Of a stretch of 64,000 bases of DNA, positions 1 through 11,463 are shown piece after piece. The notes beneath the pieces were generated by a model. That model made no database searches. It was not told the origin of the DNA and saw only the letters and a list, made by a program, of their open reading frames with translations. A program made the position numbers and the translations under genes. The stretch lies in assembly GCA_012295275.1 (NCBI GenBank), contig CM022673.1, positions 25,420,001 to 25,484,000 on the forward strand. Reading direction: 5' to 3'. Within the stretch, counting starts at the first letter, position 1. Every line of letters starts with the position of its first letter. Source of the DNA: Chrysomallon squamiferum (taxonomy: Eukaryota > Animalia > Mollusca).

Positions 1-369
1 ACGTATCAATTTTTTTCTGCTAAGAATGTTGTTTGTTTGAAAAGAGTTCATTTATACATGTTGATTTACACTGATTTATTTAATTCTTTTTTTTTTTTTG
101 ATTTTATACAGCATTTGGTATAAATATATTACAAAAATTCCAGTTGATACAAATACAGTAAATTTACAATTATATTTTTAGCTTTAAAATCGTCTGTGAT
201 TTTTTTAAATGTTATTATTTTGTGTGTGAGTGTGTTACAGTAATCAGTAATACACATTTTTAAGAATTTTTATAAATGTACTTTTAAAAAATCTTGTAAT
301 ATTTTAAAATAAATTTATATTTCAGAAATCATTTTATGTAATATGTATTTTAACTGTAATTAAAATTAG

Positions 370-3300
370 GTCAAGAAGTGAGCACAGATATAAAGAACTA
401 TACATCACCAGTTGAAGACAAAGAACTGAACATTTCAGGTGTTGAAAATTCACTGTCACAGAATGATAATCCGAAAACTGAAGAGATGCAGAATGAAAAA
501 TATGTAATAATTATGGATGATGAAGACACCTCAGATGAACCACCTCCAGTTAAAAAAGCTAAAGAAGACTTAAAAACATCAAGTATGTCAACTGAATAGC
601 TATGTATATCACATTTTACTGACTAACTATAATACATTTCTTTAGTCATTATTACATTTTCACAATATGCTCAGATTTCTTTTAATCTGTTTTGGAATTT
701 GAGGAATGAATAATTATAACAATACAAATGGTAGTCAGAAATGTGATGTGAAATATGATGCCTGTTGATAACTCTGTATTGATTGTTAGTAACAGCTTGT
801 GCAAAGTGCTAAACTAGTTAATGTGGTAACTTAAAAAATATACAATACTAATAATGTCAACACTGAAAACATTCCTATTTGTTTGTGGTAGGTTCTAGCA
901 TAAACAAGGGAGATAACTTCTCTGGTGTACAGACTATAGCTGGTTACATTTAGAATGTATGATAAAAATCACACATCCTTGACCTGTGAATTATGTAATT
1001 TTACTGAAAAAAATGTTCAAAACTTTTTTTTTAATCTTTGTATATACATAAATAATTAGAACTTTTAAAATTTAGTTTTCACTTTTAATTTTTAGGTGAA
1101 ACTGAGGATGAAAATTCCCTTGAAAGTACATTAGTGGTACAGTTTTTAGTTTGATTTGTTATTGTTTATTTGTTTATTTATTTTATTCTGTTGTTAGTAT
1201 GGTTATGTCATTAAATCCCCATGATATTTTAATACAGAAAGCAAAAAAAAATTTCAAATTTTGTAAAACATAAATAGTCACTCTGGACTTGCATAAACTT
1301 ACAAAATGTTCAGTGAGAAGTATTTTGGACTTTGGGAGGAATAAATAAAAATGGTTTAAAACATTTTTAATACAAAGGATTTTGTTTTGCAATTAAGGTA
1401 AATGATAGTTAATATTGAGAATGAAAAATTTTAACAGAGAAGACGTTGCTGGAACCAATAAAAAATAATTCCGTGAAGTATATATGTTATATTTAGGATA
1501 TTTATATATATTATAAAAATAACATAAAAAAAATTTCATTTCTTTTTAACAAAATGTAGCTGAAAGCAGAATGGCTTCGAGAACAGTTACAAAGTTCAGG
1601 TGGTTTGGATATGGAATCAACAAATCTGGGTTTTCTTTCTTCTCTCTCACCATCCCAGGTAAAATAATCTTCTTAAGTGTTGTCTTAAAGAACTGGTGTT
1701 TTAGTTTCTGTTAAAATAAGTTTAAAGTGTTTTTAAATTTGTTGTGACAAAATAGATGTCTAAAACTCACTATTCTAATTATTAATATATTGTCGAACTG
1801 CTGCAGAAGTATTTAAAAGTAATGCATTGTTTATTAATTTGAAATGAATTGACATTTCCTACATCATGTGTTTACTTCTCATTAGGACTGATTGCTTCTT
1901 TCTTTTTATAACTGTAAAATAATAATTTTTTTTTTTTTTTTTTTTATACTCTTTTACATGTTTTTTTTTAAATTTCAGATGAAACAACTTTGCACTGCTG
2001 CAGATATTTCCACACTTCCAGAAAGATGTCTCTCCATGGCCTCCAACCTTCTTAAGCAGATGTCAACTGAAATAAGCTACAGCAGCTGTGTAGCATTCAT
2101 TTCAGGCTGTTTTCTTTCTAAGGTTATTTTATAAATATGTCTAGGTAGATCAGTTGCTTTTTAGGTTTTTCAAGAATGGAATGTCACACATGGCAATCAG
2201 GCCTTTATAACTAATTGTTTTGTTTGTCATTTTCAGCTGAAATCTTATATAATGTGAATAAGTCCTTGTAAATAAATCTTTTGATTCTACAATTTTAAAA
2301 TTTTAGTTCACAAATCTAATTACATCAGGGGTCATTTCACATCTATATTTCACCTTAAATTTAAAATACATAAATGTTTATTTGAAAATAATAAATAATG
2401 GAAGGATTAATGAGAGAAGCACTATATTTATGTTTTACTCTTTGTTTACAAATATTACTTAATTAAACATTTTGTTTACATAAGAATACATTGTGTTTAA
2501 TGCTTTATCTTGTATGACGATTATGAAATATATTTTGTATTTTTTCAGTTTCTTTATATATATTTTTTTTTTTTTCAGTTCAGTGAACTGGAACATACTG
2601 CATCTAGAAATCTCACAAATGTGTTGACAGACTTAGCACAGTATTTCCCAAAACAGTTAATAGATTCAATAGCAAACAGCTGTCAAATCAGCAGCATGAG
2701 TAAGTGCATGCTGTCCGAATTGTGTTTTGTATTTCACATTTTCTTCTAATTTGTGCAATAATTAACTGCACCATTTTATACAGATATCTGATTAGCCTGG
2801 TTTTTATAGGATTTGTTAAAAACAGTTTTCAATGATATTTTGAAGAACCCCACCAAAAATAGCATTCTGTAATGTCACCTGAACTTATTCTTAATGAAGA
2901 ATAACGAGGAGAATTATTTCAAAAATATTCCAAGTCTTAATTTATCTATATATTATGGCTAACATCTGTGAAATGAAGTCTGATATGTGTATATATATAT
3001 ATAGAAGTTACAGTAATAGTTTTAATGCAAGAAATGGTATGGTGAACCCACTTTATAGGAACATGGGTTAATCTTGCGTATTGTTCAGTTTATCTGATTG
3101 ATAAATTCAAAACTGATGTTGTATTATACTTTTGAAGATGTAATAAATATTGGTGTATTTATTTTCTCTATATGTCTCACATTCACTTACTAAATATATG
3201 CCGACATTTAAATAATTTGACTTATTTTATTACAGCTTCCTCTCAAAGTGATATTTTGTGCAGGCTTTGCAAGGAAAATTTTGATCTTGAGTGTCAAGCC

Positions 3301-4380
3301 CATTTATTGAGGTAACTGTTGACATCTATTTTTGTGTGAACAAATTTATTTTTATGTTGGTCTCTTTAAGGAAATCATTAACATCTGAGAATGCCATTTT
3401 AGTAAAATGAAAAAATAAATTTCAATTAAAAATGTTTTTTTTTTTTAATTAGTATATATTTGTTGTAAAAGATGTTTTAAAACAAAGAATTTTGAGCGAA
3501 AATTTCTTGAAAGATTCTCTTGAAATATTTTCTGTTGTATTTTTTCAGACAGTTATTGTCAAATTCACATGTTACCAATGAACACGGAATCCTTGTATTG
3601 ACCTGTCTTGTGGAAAACATTGATAAACTTGAGGAAACAACAACATCTGCAGTCTTTGATTGCCTCAGTAATTCATCAAACAGTCTGTGTCACAGTCTCA
3701 AATTTGGCAAACTCATCCTTAGATTTGTTCACAGGCATGGAAAAACAGTAAGTGTATTAGATAACAATAATGATTATTTACTAAATTTATCAAAAAAAAT
3801 TTAGTAAATTTTTTTACAGATTCTCAATCAAATGTGGACTCTAATCCAAATTTTTCTATCTATATTATGGAATGACTGCATTTAATATTACTGTGTTAAT
3901 CATGCAAAGCAAAACATGTTGAGCAAGGGATACCTAATTAATAAATACACCTATACGGTAACTTTATAAATAAATGAACACAGATATTTAGTAAGATTAC
4001 TAATTAGCAAATGTAACTACTTATTAAACTGGTAAACAAGCATGAAAAGCTTTATTAATGATCAAACAGAAAAATTGTAATTTAAAAAAAACCAATCAAA
4101 TTATTATTATTATTATTTTTATCTGTTTCAGTAAATAATTTATTTAAAGTGTTAGCAGGTTAAAATAATCAAGAGTGTATTTGTTATATTATTATGAATA
4201 ATAATAATAATATTCATCATTTCTAAGGTTTTTTTTTTTTATACATCATAAGGAAATTCTCTACATTTTTTTTTCCAGTGGTCAACAGCACAGATATCTC
4301 TGATGCTACAAATCATGGATTTCCATAAAACGTTTATGAAGAAATCAGTAATATCTGCACTGAAAAATATTTCTAAATGA
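370..4380 (+). CDS. FANCE: Fanconi anemia group E protein, 3' part (gene starts upstream of the window)
   Basis: Phase-consistent GT-AG exons: 370-582, 1096-1136, 1560-1658, 1979-2122, 2579-2699, 3236-3311, 3549-3747, 4279-4380 (TGA). An acidic disordered linker with NLS-like PPVKKAK precedes a helical domain ending SLKFGKLILRFVHRHGKTWSTAQISLMLQIMDFHKTFMKKSVISALKNISK*. This matches the FANCE C-terminal pattern (human ...YAKLMLTVMTKY...TFLRKSLKAALKHL). LEHTASRNLTNVLT also matches FANCE LTSSASRLLTTALT. Confidence 0.85.
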
Positions 4381-4958
4381 CAGCAGATCCTCTATATTTC
4401 TATATTTAAAATAAAAAAATTTAAAACAGCATTGTGTTTTCTTTGTTGCTTTACCTGTGTACAGAAAATATTATGTTTCTTCCATCTAGGTGCTTCATAG
4501 GTCATGGCGTATGTTTGGATTAAATTATACATTTTAGATCAGTTTAATTAAGAAATGCATATTGTGTAAAATCTTTATTTTTCAATGTTTATCATTTCTA
4601 AGGTTTTTATTTTTCATAAGGAAATTCTCTACATTTCTTTTTTCCAGTGGTCAACAGCACAGATATCTCTGATGCTACAAATCATGGATTTTCATAAAAC
4701 GTTTATGAAGAAATCAGTAATATCTGCACTGAAAAATATTTCTAAATGACAGCAGATCCTCTATATTTCTATATTTAAAATAAAAAAATTTAAAACAGCA
4801 TTGTGTTTTCTTTGTTGCTTTACCTGTGTACAGAAAATATTATGTTTCTTCCATCTAGGTGCTTCATAGGTCATGGCATATGTTTGGATTAAATTATACA
4901 TTTTAGATCAGTTTAATTAAGAAATGCATATTGTGTAAAATCTTTATTTTTCAATGTT
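4218..4958 (+). repeat. Tandem duplication (~369-bp period) containing the FANCE last exon, its acceptor and proximal 3' UTR
   Basis: The second copy has an intact acceptor and exon 4648-4749 encoding the same peptide. Differences seen: TTC/TTT (synonymous), ggcgtatg/ggcatatg, and the polypyrimidine tract. Confidence 0.95.
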
Positions 4959-5367
4959 TTGAAACTGCCTATCTTTGGAGAAATAACTTAAGAACAGTCA
5001 GTGGTAACAAATGTTACTTTTAGAGATTATGTTATACCAGTTTGAATTCTTTATTTTAATCCTAATGGGAAACTCCATATATTTTCATATTTTCTAAAGA
5101 AATTTCTTTAAAGCTGATGTGGTGTGTGGGTGTATATGTGTGTGTTTTGACGGGGGTAATTGTGAGCAAATTTCTGGGCATTTAAAAATATTAACATATG
5201 CTTAATGAAGCTTTAAACTTCATTTCGTGGTTGTGATATCTGTCTAGCTATTCATTAATAATATAAGATTAGTAATAAAAAAGTGTGAAGTGTTGAAAGG
5301 GAAACAACTCTAATAAGAACTATCTTGTTACTGAAAAAGTACTCGATATTTTTTTTTTTTTTTTTGA

Positions 5368-5760
5368 TATCTTGATTTAGTTAACATTATCTATGTTATT
5401 ACCTTCTAGTAAGAAACATGAACATCTATTTCCGAGCAGGACAGAGTTGGGACTTCCCAACCCCCAAGAAAGCGGAAGCTCGTGAAAAACCAAACAATTT
5501 TTAAAATTTACGTGCACTTAATCGTCTATGACGTGTAATAGCATTATTTTAGTTTGTGTTGTTACCATTTCAAAATAAACCACAAAGTTTAATTAATTTG
5601 ATAGTGGTCGGTCAAACGTAATGTTTGTTTCTAAAGAAAATAATATTCAAATTTAAGATGTTTTTCTCCAGTTTTCCACATAATAAAGAATACCTTAAAA
5701 ATAATCAAAAACAGCAACAATTCAATTGAAAACAAACATGGCCTCTGTGTGTGCGTGCAT
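5368..5760 (+). pseudogene. Degenerate copy of SENP exon 1 plus start of intron 1
   Basis: 5368-5495 aligns to 16079-16210 (tatcttgatttagttaacatta...catctatttccgagcaggacag...aagctcgtgaaaaaccaaac). The ATG at 5393 is followed by a 1-nt deletion (aaacatgaaca vs aaacaacgaaca) and the GTAGGT donor is lost. 5631-5755 aligns to intron 16341-16475. Confidence 0.85.
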
Positions 5761-6638
5761 GCGTTGTGAACTCTGTACATATTTGTTTTATATATATATA
5801 TATATATTTTTAATTTCAATCGTAATTTGATATTCAAAGATAAAAATGTCGCACTGACGGAAGACATTCTCATTATTAGAAGTAAAAGGTGTTGGATGTT
5901 GAATCATAAAAATATTTTTTTTTTTTATGATTTTTTTTTTTTATGACATAGCATCAAAACATTAAAACAAAACATAAACAAAATAATAATAAAAATAATA
6001 AAAGAAACAAATAAACAGATGAAAAAGGAAAAGAATAAAATCAAAAAAGAAAAAATGTGAAAATAATGCAAAAGGAATCAAGGATTTGAAGAGTAAAATG
6101 TAAGAACTAGAAAAACGTATAAAACACCCCCCAAAAAAAAAAAAAAAAAAAAAAAAAAAAACATCCAAAAACGAAGACAAATTATGTGACATCTATATTA
6201 GTGGCTTTCATAAGTGACTGTTTAATAAAAAAACAAAAACATAAAAGTCTTTGTCTAATACTTTTAGAAAAAATGTCACCAGTCAGTAGCATGATCTTTT
6301 AGTTTGTGAGTTCAGTTTTACAGAAAATAAAGAATTAACTGTTCGATCTAATTCCTAGGGAAAACGTAAATCATTTTTCTCAAGTGAAATATGCAAATAT
6401 ATATCTTTTGGCCATTAATTAGTGTCAACAGTGATGGATCAATATTCTGACACATTTCTATAGTCTGTCTGTCGGTTTTATCAATATAAATATAACCAGA
6501 ACAGTATCTTCAAACAATCGTTATTATGATCTGAGTCAAGAATTTCATATAATTTTTATTATTTATAATACATTCGTTTTACTTTTCATTCTTTTAATTT
6601 CTTTTTTCTTTTCTTTTCTTTTTTAATATTTTACTTAA

Positions 6639-6692
<54 letters not shown>

Positions 6693-8336
6693 CTTTTTTT
6701 TAAATTCAGTTTTTAAAATTGATTTTTAAATCTTATTCGATGACATTAATCTTACTGGAATAAATTATTATATTTTAATAATAGTAACTTTCTTTAAAAA
6801 TTAAACAATGTTGAAATTTTAAATATCTTTATTTAGACGCAAAGAGCACAGTTTCGGCAATCACGTATAGTTTGAACTGTTTCTACACTAATATCGATCT
6901 GTTTTCAGGACCCGAAAGCGACATTCAGTAACTTCCAGATAGACAGGGCCCTTTATATTATAATATCCCAAACATAAGTTACGTTCCAATATTTAGTCCC
7001 AGCTAAAAAATGTTGTAGATCCCCGAGAATTCAGATGGTCTGATGGTACATTTATTTTAGGCAACATTCTCAAGTTATCAGTTTCAGTTGTTTGACATGT
7101 AACATCGCTCATATTATTCCTAGGAGATCCCTTAATAAAATTATATCACTCATGGGAGAGTTTGATTATTCATGGTCTCTTGCTCCACTGAATAATAATC
7201 ACTATGAGTATATCGTGAAATATGTTTTTGTAAATCCTCCCCTCCCTTCATTATAACACAATTTGAAAGAACTATCAGTCCTAAAATAGTCCCAAATGCC
7301 GGACCTAAATGCTAAACTTAGAACAAACCTGAATATTCGGGGAGCATACGAAATCAAAGACCTAAGCCTCTTTTGAAAATCAGATCCCGGACTAATTGCT
7401 AAGTATTTTATGAAATTTCGAATTTTTGACAGTTTCGTATAATATTGTGTATTCATGTTTTAGGTTAAAGAAAGGCCATATACTGCCAAAGTATTGCGAT
7501 GTTAGGAAGGGATTTAATGGCTTTATATTTAATAACTTGTTTTGATTTCTGACAGAATAGTTAAAGGTGCACTCGATCGATAAAATTTTACATGGGGTAA
7601 AAGCTCCAGGGTAAGCCTTTTGCCCCAGGCCTCGCATCAAAGGCTCCACTACAAGATGTACTTCTTTAATAAATATAATATCACAAATACACAAATTTGA
7701 TTCGTCTGTGCATAAATTATATTTTCCTTTAGGGGAGCCTTTTACCCAACTCTACCCTAATGAAAATGCCAACGGTCAGTGCTAAAGGTATGAATATATT
7801 TATAAATCTTAGGTTTAATAATTTTTTTTACAAAACCTGTGGAAAAACAGGTATAGTTACAACGTCTTCTGAATCGACAATACATTAGCCGTTTTAATCA
7901 CGGAATAGTGCGATGTTGTAACAATATTGACCTTGTTGCAGCACTTTGAAATAAATGAAGAGCAGTAATTGAAGATTTGTTTGAGTTCGTTCACAACCCA
8001 CCCGTTATGCAAACAGCTACAATAACTGGAACAAACTGGTAGTTTCGTCCACTTTAAACTGAATTTACTCATGATTAACGCCAATTAATCTAAAGACTGC
8101 TGTAAAAAAAAAAATATATATTTTTTTGTTTCTTCTTACTTTTAAGTATTATCATTACATTTAACAACAATAATAATATATAATTATTAAAAAACAAAAC
8201 AAAAAAACAACATAACAATACATAATAAGATTTCTGTATTGTTTTTGTTTTTCCATTTATGTCTTCGTGATTTCAAAATTGTAGAACACCATTTGACACA
8301 AGGCTATAATCATTATTATTGTTACTACTACTGCTA

Positions 8337-8378
<42 letters not shown>

Positions 8379-8982
8379 TTAAAATTTAATGGAATACTTA
8401 GGGAGAAAACTGAAGAAACATTCCCGACTATCAAATAGAAACAACTATGTAGACTAGGATTTAAAAATGTTCAGACCTTTTATTTTAAATTATTAGCAGA
8501 AACGTGATTTTATATTTGATTCAAATAAGACTCAAATGGTTTAAACAGACATTTATCCAATTAATTAATATTAGACCAAATACTTTTGTCTTTTTATTTT
8601 CTGCGCATGTCAGACGGCTACATTAGCAAAATATCCGCAGCCTTTCTTGTTTACTTTTCTTTTTACATTTTCAAAAATTTTTTTTTTTTTTTTTTTTTTA
8701 GCCATGACTTAGGAGTGAATGACTGAAATATATCGCATTAGGAGAAAACACGAGCGCTGGTAACGAAAGGCTTTGATTTGCGAGGTCTATGTGCTCTATT
8801 TGATTGTTTAAGGTTGGGCTGACAGTGTGTGCCGGGAGCATCACGGATGAGACATTTTAATTGAACGAGAGGTTGTATTGTTCAGACTTGCTGAAAACAC
8901 ATCACTGTTTACCATTGGCTTGTTTTTGAAACGAGTACACGTACACGAGAGGAATTACAGCGATTCTCCAGCAGTAACCAAC

Positions 8983-9530
8983 ATGGATGTCAAGCGTTGG
9001 GTCTTATTAACTTTTGTGTATTTCTTTATCGTTTTGGCTTCTGGAAATGGTCAGTAGCATTTAATTTTTTTTTTTTTTTTAAATGTTATCGGTAATAAGA
9101 AATTGTAGTTTTGTTTGTGTTGTAATTGATTTTAATTATGTTTGTTTTATTTGTTTATGTGTTTGATTGTTTATTTTAAAATTATTTTATTGGTTTGATG
9201 TGGTGTTTTTTGATTGCTTTATATGTCTTTATTTTAGTGTTTTTATTAAATTTTGTTTATTTTTATTTCACTTTAATTTCATTAAGTAACTGTTTCTTTT
9301 TATACGATTTTATTTCTTTAAAATAAATAAATACATTTTTAAAAGTAACTGTATTTGTTAACAGTATATAGTGATAACAAAAAAAAAAAATATCAGTCAC
9401 TGTTACTGTAAATTAAAATAAATTTATTACATTTTTTAAACGAGACAATCCTTATTTCTTTACATTATAGTACATGTCTAATATATTTTTCCCTTTCAAA
9501 AGTTAACAAATTAAAAAAATTGAAACAATA

Positions 9531-9607
<77 letters not shown>

Positions 9608-11424
9608 TTAGACTAATATTTCAAATGATACATGGATTGCTTATGTGTTTGTTTGTTGTTCGGTTTTTTTTTGTATTTTTTTCTGAATATAACTCGTTGT
9701 TTTCAGAGTGCAGAATCGGGTGTTACTTCAACAACACGTTATATACAGTAAACGAGATTTTCAACGATGGCTGTAACAACTGTCAGTGCACTGAAAAAGG
9801 AGCGGTCTGTGGTAAATGTTCTGCGGTAAACCAGTGAAATGTAAGTTCACAGCACGGCATTTCGATAATGTCTTGTCGTGCTCAAAATTAACATTCTCTA
9901 ATTCATAAATGATTTAAATGATATTAATTTGCATAAACTATTTTTGATTCCTTAACACCTTTAAAGTTTATGCGTAATTACGCTTGGTTTAATATATGAA
10001 AAACTAGAATTAATTAGGAAATGTAGGATGGTAGGGAGTTAGGTAGGGACGTATATCTACGTACGTGCGTGTGCGTCTGAGTATGTGTATGTCCATATAT
10101 GTACGTATATTTGTTTGTATGTATGCATGCCTGTGTTTATTTGTATGTGTGTATGTATAGGTGTCTGAATGCGCGCGCTCGTGAGTAAACCTGATGAAGG
10201 TCAGGTGTTGTCCTAAGCACAACCAAACAATGGCGTCTTCCTTCACCTCCCCACCGTTCCACTGTTTAGACTGTTAGTCTTAACAAGTAATGGATATAAA
10301 ATAAGAGTTTAAAGTTTTTTTTTTTTTTTTTTTTTTTTTTTTATTATATATATATTTATATATTATTATTATGATTATTATTATTATTATTATTATTATT
10401 ATTTTATTTTAATATTTTTAATTATTTATTTATTTATTTATTATTTATTTATTTATTTAGTATTATTATTATTTTAATTTTTATTTATTTATTTAATTTT
10501 TTTGTTTTGTTTGTTTCAATAATGCAGAATAAAATCAGACACTGCTGATTAAAGATAGTTTCAAAACCTCGAACGTGCCTGCGTATTTGTGTGACATTAA
10601 ATTATTTAATGATAAAAGTAATAATAATTAAAACATTAATAATAACATTCATTTTTACAAAGAATCTGCGATATAGACAGATTATAGATAGAGACACTCG
10701 AAATCAACTCTTTTATTTTTCAATGACATTACAGCAGCGGAATTGGGATGCTTTTGTGGAGAGTTTTATCCTGTTGGAAAGACGTTTGTACACAGCGACG
10801 GCTGCAATAAATGTACCTGTGGGTCTTCTGGTGTAATTTGTAGCAAAATGTACTGTGAGCAGAATCCTGAAGAAAGACTTCTGTTGCCCGTCACGACAGG
10901 TACATAATTCTGTACATATAACTAAATTATGCTTCGTGCAACGACAAAATGAAAAACAAACCTTTACTGATTTCAAAGAATATTTTTTGGTGATAAGAAG
11001 AAACGGTTTAAATATATGTATTTTACATTCTTTCAAATAATGTTTTATTTGTTATATTTTCTTCTTCGTCATTTTTTTTTTTTCCTCTGCCAAGTCCTAA
11101 TTAATAATTGAATATAATCAATAAAAGTTTACAGATTAATGGTATCTGCATTATTCTGCGGAAGTGACGTCATCGCATACATCACGTAACTCCTAAATTT
11201 ATTCCAGTGTCAGAAATTTGTAAATTTATTAATCCGCCACGTATACGATGATGTCACGACTTCAGTTGTAAAAGACGTTCACAACAGTCTTATTTATTGC
11301 CTTTTAAAAAATATTATTTTTCAATAATAAACTATGTCCAAAACCATAAATTATTGATTTGGAAGAATAAACATTTTCATTTGACCATTTATTCTTATTA
11401 AGGACACTTTTGTCAGAGTTCTGA

Positions 11425-11463
<39 letters not shown>

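Noticed and set aside
5368-5495. Possible snRNA (weak U4atac-like string on the minus strand) present in two copies
   Set aside because: The second copy is the ATG-containing, donor-bounded first coding exon of SENP and does not keep the snRNA-like string.
10189-10262. Hammerhead ribozyme core (CTGATGA)
   Set aside because: No GAAA or stem architecture follows. Only a small acctga/tcaggt hairpin.
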